Of a DNA stretch of 64,000 nt, positions 28,797 through 41,345 are shown piece by piece. This DNA is from the human T2T-CHM13v2.0 reference genome, Homo sapiens: contig CP068257.2 of NCBI GenBank assembly GCA_009914755.4, positions 26,912,001-26,976,000 of the forward strand, given 5' to 3'. The stretch's first letter is position 1; each line of letters opens with the position of its first letter. The notes under the pieces were generated by a model that was not told the DNA's origin, ran no database searches, and was given only the letters and a program-made list of their open reading frames with translations. A program made the translations under genes and the position numbers.

Positions 28797-31700
28797 CCCA
28801 CATCCAATTCATCATTAAACCCTCTAAATCCTACTTCCTCAATATTACCCAAGTCAGTCCATTTATTTCTATTTCTAGTACCCTTACTTTTGAAGAAGAC
28901 ACCACATTTATATCGATTGTTTTAATGATCTTTTAATTGGCTCCCAAACTCCAGTCAAAACAACCTTTACTCTCTGTTAAAGCTAAAACAATTTTTTCAA
29001 AACAAATCTGATTGTATCACACCCCTTCCATTGTTTCCATTAATTTAAGATCAAGTCTAAACTCCTAAACTCAGCTGTCATTGCTATATCCTATCTCTAA
29101 ACAATCACTGTTTTGCACTCTGCATACACTCCAGCCATTTTGAAAAATCTTTCAGGCTCCTGGAAAAGCTTAACTCCGCCCTTTGTTTCCAATATTTACA
29201 TATAAATTTTTTTCTATCTAAAGCATGCTTTCAGCCAATAACATAAATCTCACTACCCCTTTCTGCTGAACCTAAATCTTTTTGCCCTCAGATAGAAAGA
29301 TAATTTTCCCTTCTCCTGCTCTGCTCTGATTCAGCTCTCCATAACAAGGTTGTAATCACCTCCTATTCACCCTTCTGGTGAAGGAAGGATTTCCACCCTC
29401 AGGTGATGGGGATGGTTGAACATCCAACACCTGAAACAGGACAGACGATATTGACAGTACTTGTTAGTTGCATATAATCACAGACCAGTGGAAACAGATG
29501 AACCACACAGGGCCACAGGGGGGTTTCACTGGGGAACAGAGTGAACAATCAGGAGGTGTGGGAGGCAGGTTTAGTAGTTTAAAGAGGTTGAGGTGTCCCC
29601 CTGGATCCCATGGGAGGATCACATTGGCTCATTTGAATTATCATACGGACTGGCAGGGAACTGAAATCTTCTACTCAGGGATAAGCAGAAACTGTCCCTG
29701 GTTTCCTTGATAAAAAGGGTTGTTTGATAGGGGACCTTATCCATGGGAGGAAAGTGAGGAGGGAAATTTGTGGCTAAGCCATTCAAGGCCCTCCCAGTTT
29801 TACTAGATGTCAAGGCAGCACACGTAATATTGGGACTTAATTTTAGCCACATAACTAATAAATTTGTAAGTATGTGCAACGGCTCACGCTTGCTTCCAGA
29901 ATGGCACCTAAAAAACAGATTTACCTCTCCCCAAATTCAGATATGGAATTAAATGTAATGTCAGGAAAACTGTCTAAGAGTTGGAAATGGGAAAAAAATG
30001 TTCTTTTGGTGGAGTTATGGACTCCAGAGGTTATCGGATTCTATTGAATAACGTACTTTTGATTGTATTTGTAACAATTAGGCTATTTGTGAACTCGGTA
30101 GGGGTAGAAATCGAGTTGTAGAAAATGGATGGTAATGCAAGTGATTTTTGACCATATCAATGCAAATGAATTCTGTTGGTAGAAATATTCATTTCCACAC
30201 TGTAGATGACCCTAAACATATGTCATTACATTATATTTTATTGCCTTATAGACTATTAACCAATTTTGAATCATACAGTAGCAAATTTATTTCAGCATTC
30301 TTGTGTGTATGTGTTTATATATACACGTGCATATGTATTTAAGATATATAATTGTATATTCTTCAAATTCTTCTTTGAACAGGTTTGAACCTCTTATTAG
30401 TTTCCTCATTAAGGAATTTAATAAGACCTTTAATGCATGTTTGTATTTTCATGAGAGTCATTATTTTACCTTTCTGGAAGTTATACTTCAGCAACCATGC
30501 TTTAAATAAACCATGATTTAAAATAGCTGTCTTAGAAAAAGAAAATAAAAGTATACTTAAATGTAGATGTCTATTTTTTAATGTTTTTATTAATTTGTAA
30601 ATTTAAATAATATATATTTAAGAGAGCTAAGTAAACATATCATAATACAAATAGAATGGAATAAGAATGACCCATGTCAAGGCAGTGTGGCAATTTTTAC
30701 CTATTCAAAATTGTGCATATTTGTTAGTCCGATTTAACACCAAGAGCATTAGCCTGGATCCAATTCCTTGCTCAGCAATGTTGAAAAATATTACCCTTGG
30801 GGCATGCAAAGGGCCCCAGTTTTGCTTTCCTATATATTCAAAGTTTGACTGCTCACTCTGGTGACTGAACTTTCTGTGAAAAAGCTTAATTCCCAAGTTC
30901 TCCTCATCGTGTAAGCAGCTTACATCATGACTAAAAATTTCAAGCATCAATTTGACTGACAAAGCATAAAAGAAGAGAGGCAGTGAGTTTTCTGGTGCAA
31001 ACAGATGTCAGATCACAATTCTGAATCTCTAAGAGATCATTAAGAAATCTGACAGTAGGCAAAAAGTGAGATTTTCTTGTCAAAAGTGAACACCATCAAT
31101 TTCTGAATATAGTTGATAGGTGACTCGGCTTCTACCACTTTGTACACTTCTTACGTAACTGAGCTGGTGGGAAGCAGTGTCTGTAGGCAGCAGGTGGGCA
31201 AAGATCCTCTAAGAGAAGCAAGCCATTCTCCCCCTCCAGCACAAATGAAAGAAAGAACCTAGAAATGTACTCACTTCACAGTCTCTTGGCCTGTTCCCAT
31301 CATGACGGGGCCCAGAGAGTTGGGCAAGGGGCAGTTCTCTACAGAGCCCTGCAAGGTCACATGGTTTGGAAAAGGAATGCAGCCTGGGAGAAGGGCTAGC
31401 ACGGGCAGGGCAGAGCTCTCCAACAAGTGGCTCTCTGGATCCTGTTTAGCATCCCACCCCACTCCCCACCCATTTGAGCAAAACAATATTCCCTGGCTTC
31501 TGGTGCACCATCTCAGCCATTTTTACCAAGTTCAACTAGCTTGGCTAAAATGAGAAAAGTTTAATGCACTTAAAAAAAAAAAAGACGACGAAGAAGACAA
31601 AGCAACAGCTTTAGTATGCACAGTGAAAGTGCCTGCCCTGTTGCCTGCAAAATTAATGAAAAGAAAATATCACTGAAATTCACTACACACTCAGCCTCCT

Positions 31701-32314
31701 CCATGAAACTCCCTCCAACCCAATAGTCGACAATTATCCTCCCCAACCTGGATAGCTAAAACACTTATTGTCTCCCCTGCCCTTTCTGCTGTGTGCATAT
31801 CCTGTTCCTGTTGTGATTCACAGCTTTCTGTATAGGTGTTTCCCTTCCCAACTAGAAAGTAAAGTACTAAAAAATCCTGGGAAATCATGGGTTGTGCCTC
31901 TTATATCCCCAGTTCCTAGTATGGCCTTGATCAGGATCCATATTTAAGCAAATAAGGGTTTAATAATGATGAATTTACCCACACCCCCATTGCCAACGTG
32001 AATAATGGCCTTTGTTCTGGTACCCACGAATCTTATTTTTTTTAACTTTGGAAAAACAGTAAAGGTTCAGTATCTTGTCCCTTAATACCAAAAATGAAGG
32101 CCCTTTTGTCAAGCAGTTTCACTGTGCACTGGTTACTACCTTGTCTGAATCTGGTGAGACAGAACATACTTATTCATACACGAGTTATGTGGAGTGGATT
32201 CATTATCAGTTTGGTGCAAAAGTATGGCTTTTTTTTTTTTTTAAACAGCTAGGCAGCAAGGAACAAAAGAAGCCTAGGATTCATTGTTAGCAAGTCCCCT
32301 GAGACTCAAGAAAG

Positions 32315-32650
32315 GTACCCAGGGCAGAAGGAGTCTGGACTGAGCGTGGTACAATTGCACCACAGCTGAGGTACCCAGGGCAGAAGGAGTCTGGACTGAG
32401 CGTGGTACAATTGCACCACAGCTGAGGTACCCAGGGCAGAAGGAGTCTGGACTGAGCGTGGTACAATTGCACCACAGCTGAGGTACCCAGGGCAGAAGGA
32501 GTCTGGACTGAGCGTGGTACAATTGCACCACAGCTGAGGTACCCAGGGCAGAAGGAGTCTGGACTGAGCGTGGTACAATTGCACCACAGCTGAGGTACCC
32601 AGGGCAGAAGGAGTCTGGACTGAGCGTGGTACAATTGCACCACAGCTGAG
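32315..32650. repeat. Minisatellite/VNTR: 6 perfect copies of a 56 bp unit
   Basis: Unit GTACCCAGGGCAGAAGGAGTCTGGACTGAGCGTGGTACAATTGCACCACAGCTGAG repeats head-to-tail with no visible substitutions. Explains the overlapping 93-142 aa ORFs on the minus strand. Confidence 0.95.
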
Positions 32651-35600
32651 GGAAACTTAACCGCAGCCCACCCTGGGTTACATACCTCAAGGGCAATGTC
32701 ACTCACTGCACTAAAGCTTTGAAGGAATATACTGCTTCCAGAGGAAAGAGGAACAAAGCCTGTTCTTCCTGAGCAATTTCTCCCTAACTCAAGATGTGAT
32801 ATTCCCTAGGAGAGACAGGGAAAAGGCCTAGATCGTTCCAGGCAGCTGCTTTCTATCTCAGGGTATTGTATTCCCATTCCCAGCACATTCTAGTTAGTCT
32901 TGAGAACTACAAGCAAGAAAGCGGTAAAAACTAGGTTGGTTTAAAGCCACCTAGAGAATTGCCCTGAACTTTTGTTATCCAGCCAAATTAAAAAGGAAAA
33001 TTGAATCCAATGATCTTAGTAAATTCTGGAATGCAGTGTGAAGCTTGCAATGGCTGATACATTTTAAAAGGGGGGAAAATGTTTAAAATGCCCTAACACT
33101 TATGACTGACAATGTAGATATAATCTTTCACTATGTTCCTAAAGACTAGAGACAGTATTTACAAAATGCAAACTGTATTAGTCTAATTTTTATGCTTTTT
33201 CTTATTATATTATAACCAGCAGAGTGTGATCCAAATTAACTGAAAAGGAGCCACAAACACTGAAGTGGTTATTTCACCAGTTGGGATTAGTTTATTGCTG
33301 AGGGTAATGGAAACTGGAATAGCAAAGGACTGAGCTATTCAGTTTTCTGTTTGGGGACCACTCAGTTCACACAGTTTAAACTGAAGCTGACACTTTAAAT
33401 GAATTTATTAGTCTCGCTTTGTTCCAGGACCAGACGGTAGTCCAGCTCACACTCATAGACATCTCTGGTCTAAATAATTTAATCCAGAAGGGATATATTA
33501 ATATCATTTTTTTTCTCAGATGGTAAGCTTTCCAAGGCCAGTTCTTTGATTTGATGTCATGTTGTCACTTGGAATTGAAACTTCCACTTAAACCACCTGG
33601 GGGGAATCAAGTATGTTTTACCAGTAACATATTATTCTGAAAATTGTGTATCATGGCCTTCAGGGTGAGACTTTTATAAGACAGAGGAGTCACCCTCTAA
33701 AGTTCTGCAGAGGGTCTGCCAGGGCTCTCAGTCTTAGAGCTAAACATTTAAAGTGAGAAGGAAGCCCTCCCAGAGGACTAAGAAAATCAAATTAAGAGTA
33801 CATAGTAGAGAATACATTAGGAAAGATTGAGAGGAAATACTATAATCAGTAGCTTTCTTCATACAAAATAATTTATTTCATTGACTCCAAGATACACAAT
33901 TATTGATATCTTATAAACAGTAGTAGCCAGGCTGTTGTCACAATGTCATTGCCATTGTCTACATATAAATAAATTTGGTGTTTTTCCCTGATGGTATAAA
34001 AAATCAGCCAGCAAACCACCTAAGGACTACTTGAGGAAGAAATATGAATCCTGGTTGTTATCTGAAAACCTTTTATACTAGTTGATAATATCAAGACAGT
34101 ACAACCATCAGGGTTTTACAGAATGGGTGTCATTGAAAGAGAATTTCAGAGACAATAGAGGAATATTCTAAAGAAATGTGGTACTATCAATGCTGTTGAT
34201 GACATAGTGATATTATTGGAAAAACAGTATCAATGAGACTGAGTCAAAAGCTATTTCTGAAGAGTTGCTATCTGAATGTGAAAGCATTTTTAAAATACTT
34301 TGAACAATTTATTTTATTTTTTACATAGCTAAAGAATTATATAAGATGAAAATACATTTCTAAATATGAAAGAGATATTTTAATGATTATAAAATAAAAA
34401 TTCTAGGTGAAAAGAAAGCATTACTACATGATTCAATTGGAAGTGTTTGTTAGTAGTACATAAAATAACGGAGTTTCTTCCAATAGATGGTGTCTTAATT
34501 TAATGACACACAATGGCTGTAGATTATTGAGCAAAATGGCAAGACCCAAGCCAGAAACCCCTTCAAGAATTCTGTCCTCTCTTTATCCAAAGCATGCAGA
34601 CCCTGTGAAAAGTCCTCCCTGCCCTCTGGTCACCACTGAATGAGAAAGTCTGAGGTCATTAAGGGGATCACAGAAGAACATAGACCTTGAAATAGGGCTA
34701 CGTCATCAAAATGAACATCTGAATAAAATCATTTCCTGAACACGTCGTTTCAGGTTTTGCATAAATCATGGTGCTCAAGAGTGTCTCATCATTTTAATTC
34801 TATTAAATGATTTCAGAGAACACGTCTATCTTTGTACCATAATTGGAAGTCTTGTTAAGACAGGTGTGTTTAGCACCACAGCCATATTTTGCCCAAATTG
34901 TGCAGCATTGCATGGTTCTGTGAATGATTTCCCATTGTTATCATAAACAACTGCTATTTTATGCTCAAGAACAGAAAGCATAGCATCTACACCCATACAG
35001 CTCAGTAGTCACATTAACAGGACTTTACTCTTTCACTCTCTGTTAATATAACTTTACTATTTCAGGAGTATAAAAGTTTCTAATCACTTTATTTTTCATT
35101 CTAGGATCATCTTGAAAGGTCCTTCAAATTTTCAATAGAAAGAATCAAAAGAAAATGTACAGGAGTCTCTGAAAGCTACATGCCAAAATCCTCAGAGTGC
35201 ACACCAGTCCTAAACAAATATATCACAGCCCTTATCCAGTCCTAACCTGTACTGAAAAACTCACCTTAAAGTAGACTCCACAGTCTCAAAAATATTCCAA
35301 TTTTGCCCTTTCCAATCTAGGATACTATTAAAATTCTCTCAAGGGAGTTCTTTTCTTACCCTCGTAAGAATAAACTCAACTTTGACTTATCAACAGTTAA
35401 TTTTGGTGGAGCTGCCATTCAACACAAAGATTATTTTGTAAGAATTATCAATAAATTAGGGTGTCAGGAACTTGAATTTAAGTTGTAAAGATTTTATTTA
35501 CAAGAGCAAATCAGTAATAATGGAATCAGTACTTACTAGTACATTGAGGACAGTTATAGTTCTGCTCATAGCTTCTGAGTATAATTGAGGAAGATAAATA

Positions 35601-36251
35601 ATTAAATTAATTCATTATCTCTAAAGCCAGTTGAAGAATTTCTGTTTATAATAATATCTTAGATCAAAGTCTTTCTAAAATATATCTCAAAAATGTCAGG
35701 AAAGCAAAACCTTTTAATTTAGGAGAAAAGCATATAAGAAAGTAAGTGGGGTCACATCTCATTAAAGTGAAAACACCACTCCAGAAAGGAAAGTTCCCCA
35801 CACTCTCAGGATGTCAAAAGGGCCTGGTGGAATGGTGATCAGTGGGCCCAGGGGAGCAGGGTACTGTGGACTAAGCCTTGGACTTGGGCGGAGTAGGAAA
35901 GCAAATTGGAGACAACCCTATGTAAAGCTGGGGCTGATAGAGAGCTGCACTATAACGGAGAGGGTGAAATTGATGAAAAAGGGCACAACCGAGATAGGAA
36001 GCAAAGAAAATCATCTGTCTCTCCAAAACAAGAGAACTAAGTCATCTACCATGACACAAATGTCTACTATGTACCAAAGAAAAAGCCAAAGCTGAGAATT
36101 TTAGTTAAAAGTGGATATGGATAGCACCCATGAATACTTGGCAGAAACAAAGACAATTCCTTTCTAGATAAAAATATCTTCTACTCAAGCCTCACAGGAC
36201 TTAGAGGTGATTGCCAGTATATGCTCACAACTTTCTTAAAAATCAGAACTG

Positions 36252-36543
<292 letters not shown>

Positions 36544-37964
36544 TCAGAAGTAATCCAATAAATATATCACCTTCAGTGAAAATCAGCTGAAACACCAAAC
36601 CAGACCCATAAAGGCTCCAGGTATTGGAATTATCAGATAAAGAACATAGAGTACCTATGTTAACATGTGTAAGGAAATCAGAGAAAGATCAAAACAAAAC
36701 TACAAAAAATGACAAGGCAGACTTTTTAAAATAAAGAATTTCTAGAAATAAAATTATAAAACTAAAATTTCAAACTCAGTGGAAATATAAAGCAGCAGAT
36801 TACACAAAGTTAGAAATTAGTGAGTTGGATGACATATCTGAAAAAGAGTGTATGGACAATATGAGAGAAAGGTTAACAGACATGGAGGAAAGAGTAAGAA
36901 AGCCCAATATTTGTCTATTCTGAGCTCTAGAAGTAAATTATAGGGAGAATAGGGAAGGGGAAACATTAAAAAAGATAACGGCTAAAAATTTTACCAGATT
37001 ATTGAAAGACATAAATCCTCAGATAAAGAAGTCCAATAAATCTTGAATAAAACAAATTATAACCATATTGAAAGGAAGGAAGAAATCATAAGGCACAGAT
37101 AGTTTAATCCTCCACCACAATAATATCCAGTAAGTAGATATTCCCTAAGATTCATGAATTATAAGATGGCAGGATGCACATATTATTTATAACACTAGTG
37201 ATACACAAATGCTAGGCGAAAGATAGATTTAAATGTTGCCCCTGGGAAAGATCTGGGAGCAAGAAAGTGGTGGGATAGAGAAATGGTGCATTTGCAATAA
37301 GCATCTTTGCGATGTTTGAATTTCTAAACCAGGATTATGCATTAAAAATTAACTTAAAAAAACTTAAATTAGTGGAGCTAAACATTATGCATATGTTTGT
37401 GAATAAAAAGGCTAAAATTTTCTATCACAGTTTTCAAAGAAAAAGTCTTATACTACCATAAAAAGATTGAAGAGGAATCCATATCTGTCTTTTCAGGCTG
37501 CTACCACAATATCTTAAACTGGTGTTAAAATAAAGCAAAATGAGAACAGCAAAATAACTTAGGTTATTTCTTGCAAATACCTCTGATAATCATAAATAAA
37601 GCTTCAGCTGTCTTCCAAAAATAGTATAAGATGATTGCTTGCTACCAATCCTCTGCCATCTCGAAACCCCCATGGTAACAACGAATCACTGCAAATGCTA
37701 AACAACTACCTCATTTGCATTTTTATAAGCCATCCTATAACGACATGCCTCTGAGTTTCCTCTTATCACTTTCATCTAAGGATTCCTGGTTTGCAAACTG
37801 TTCTTTTGTATCCACAATAAACTTTTAAAACTTTCAATTGTATCTGATTTTATTTTTGACACTGAGTAGAGTATAAATAACAGAAATTTCTTGTTTACAG
37901 TTCTTAACACTGGACAGTCCAAGACACAGACTCTGGTAGAGTCCATGCCTGGTGAGAGCCCACT

Positions 37965-38165
37965 TTCTGGTTCATAGCATTGTGTCTTCTCACAGGGGGG
38001 TAGTGAATGAACTCCCTTGGGCCTCTTTTATAAGGGCATTAACCCCACCCATGAGGGCTCTGCCCTTATGACCTAATCACCTCCCAAAAGGTTCTACTTT
38101 CTAATACCTTGGGATTAGGATTTCAACGTATGAAACGTGAGAGGGTGCAAACATTCAGACCATAG
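37965..38165 (-). mobile_element. MLT1-family MaLR LTR fragment, antisense
   Basis: ..cccttgggcctcttttataagggcattaaccccacccatgagggctctgcccttatgacctaatcacctcccaaaaggttctactttctaataccttgggattaggatttcaacgtatgaaacgtgag is the same module as 2551-2750. Confidence 0.5.
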
Positions 38166-39855
38166 CAGCATCTGTATATTTTGTGTAAAAATAAAATATT
38201 TATGATTACAAAAAACTAAATTCAAGAAAACCCAGTAAGAGACAGTTTAGCCATAAAAGATAAATTAGCAATCTAAAAATTGCAAGCTATCCTATTTTAT
38301 AGTAACACATGGGAAATGGAGTAGGCATATCAGACAAGGAAATAAACAAAAAAAAAAAAACACTTCAAACCCAGGCTCTATGATCCCACAATGCTTGCTC
38401 TAAACTACTCATGCCAATTTTTACCAAGCTTGATGTTTCCCTTGGAAGATTCAGTCACCTAACCTGGGTTGTGGGTTGTATTAAATTGATTTTTTATTAT
38501 CTTACTCTAATCCTTATAATAGTTGTGATATATTTATATGGTAAATTATAAATATAATAGCTTAATTGGTTGGTTTTTAAACAAATAGATTAGTTCATTG
38601 ATCTACTCACTCCTGGTGATACAGAAAGTATGTGAAATTACTGTTACAAATTTCTAAGACACTCAGTAGTAGGCAACCTAAAAAACTAATTTACTACATG
38701 GGTAAGCCACCTTTTCCTTCTGGCATAGGTTATTTGTTCTTCCTTTCCACAAGTTTCCAATTGTGGTTACTAATGGGTGTGTTCAGCCCCATTTCTTAAT
38801 AATTTACTGTTATCCCGCTAAATGACATTTTCAACTATCTACAAATGCCAGTGGAGTTGGATTTTTTTAATTTAAAAAATTGATCTACAGTCTGTCATCT
38901 CTTCACTTACTATATAATGAAGATTCCAGAAATTCAAAATGCAAACTGAATGTTCAGAAACTCTTCTAAGCCCAAATAGATAAATAAATGATCAAGTTTT
39001 ATTGACCATCATAGTCCCCTAGAGGTGACTCATTTGTTTGCAGAGATTAAAATAGCATACTTTGGTATTCTCCACATGCAGATATATGCAGAGAGCATTT
39101 TGGTCAAAAGACAAGGAAAAGTATGATGTTGCAAGACAACTTGTATGCCAACCCCAGCTGCAGTTGGCAGAAAGATCAGGACTATTAAATGCAGGGGTGT
39201 TCTCTCTTCCTCCCCAGTGAGTGTCTGAAACTAATATAAGCTCTTGAATAGCTAAACATTCATAGATTTCAAAAGACAACTTCTTAGATCTTTTAAAGGT
39301 AGACATAAATTATGTGGCAAATAAAATTCACACATTGTAAAAAGAGACTCTCCACATTCTTGAAGTAATATTTAGGCAAAGTGAAAAAAAAGTGTTGTAA
39401 GAAAGCTGATTTGGGGCACCAAAAAGGCCTATCAAGCTTCTTGCTCTACCCATTACTTCATTTAGTGGAAACTGTCACCCTCACACTACAGGCTCTGCCC
39501 CAGGAGCAACTTTAGGCAGTTCCTTACATATTGATGGTTTATTCCATAACAGCTACACATCTTTTCTGTGACCCAATCCACCTGATTGATCCAGGACAGC
39601 TAAGGGCTGAAAATTTCAAAGTTTGTCATCCCACTCAGTCGGTGACCAGGATTTAACAGAAGTCCTGCCCAATCAGAGATGACGATAAGCAATTTACCCG
39701 ATCAGATTGTTGGGGTGGAGAATTCAAACCAGAAACAAAAGAAGAAAGTCAGTCGATTGATGAAAGGTACAAAAGTTGAAAAACATACAAAGAAAGAGCA
39801 ACATAGATGTAATAATGCAATAGAAGCCATGGGTGAGACAGAAGAAAAGAGCTAA

Positions 39856-40169
<314 letters not shown>

Positions 40170-41345
40170 GAGTTATTGAGCCATACAAAATCATCTCAAA
40201 TTACTATCCCTAAGTGAAAAAACACCAGTCTGAAAAGATTACATACTATATAATTTCATTTATGTAAACTTATAAAAAAGGCAAAACATTATAGTTGATA
40301 AACAGATCAGTGGTTATCAGGCTGTTGAGGAGAGAGGAGGGTTTAATTGGCAAAGTACAGGCAATTTTTTAGGGAAGTGAAACTATTTTGTATTATTCTG
40401 TATTGAGGTATACATGACAATATGTATTTATCAAAACTCATAGAACTGTATAGCACAGAATGGATTTCAACATATGCAGTTTTTTAAAAAAACCATCTAG
40501 GAGATCAAGGGATTCCAAGATGTTACAAAATCATATAACTATATTATAAATATATAAAACAACCTCGCTGAGGGGGTTGGGGGAGAAAGGTATTACACAA
40601 AGTAACTTTGGAAATGAGTGGAGACTGTAAGACAGGCAAAGGAACTTCACATGGGCAATGTACTCTATTGATAAACTCGTTTGCTATGGGCATAGGGGTT
40701 AACAATTCTGAAAGCATTATGCATGTAGGCTGAAATTAAATAATTAAGTAAAGGACAGTGGACAGTGGGAGCCAAGTTTCTCAGTTTTGGCCCAGGAGGT
40801 TACAGACAAACAAAAGAGGAAAACTAGAATGATCCATGTGGTATACTAGATTTGAGTTGGAAAAATCAATATGAACCCATGCTTTGCTTTGATATAAAAA
40901 TGGATACATATAGAAATATTTTTAGATATGTATGTATAGGTTGATCATTACTAATTCAAAAATTCAAAATCCAGAATGTTCCAAAATCTAAAAATTTTGG
41001 AGAACATGATGTCACAAGTGAAAAAATTTCACACCTGACCTCATGAGATGGATTGCAGTCAAAACTCAGGTGCATAACACACAGTTTTCTTTTATTCAGC
41101 ATCCTCAAAGGAAGAAGACTCTCCCAGCTTCCTTCAGCTGCGATATATCTTTCCCACACATTTCCAGATTTCCCCATGCAAACACGCCCACAAAAGGTAA
41201 TAAAATGGCATGTATGGAGGCTGGACGTGCCAATAACAGGTTCCCCATGATGCCCCACATGGAGCTAAGACTAATCTGTGTTACTCTCTGTTTTTGGCTT
41301 TTTGTTTTTTGCTTATTCTTTGCTCTTTGGCATAAAGATATTGTT

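Noticed and set aside
28960-29200. Faint resemblance to an ancient mammalian-wide repeat (..caaatctgattgtatcacaccccttccattgtttcc..aagtctaaactcctaaactcagc..)
   Set aside because: Similarity is too weak and my recall of the consensus too uncertain to annotate; left for RepeatMasker.
32274-32706. Three overlapping 93-142 aa minus-strand ORFs with internally repeated peptide (VQLYHAQSRLLLPWVPQLWCNCTTLSPDSFCPGYLSCGAIVPRSVQTPSALGTSA); also considered as a CRISPR-like array
   Set aside because: Artefact of the 6 x 56 bp perfect tandem repeat (3 units = 56 codons). Units are contiguous with no spacers, so it is not CRISPR. No coding evidence.
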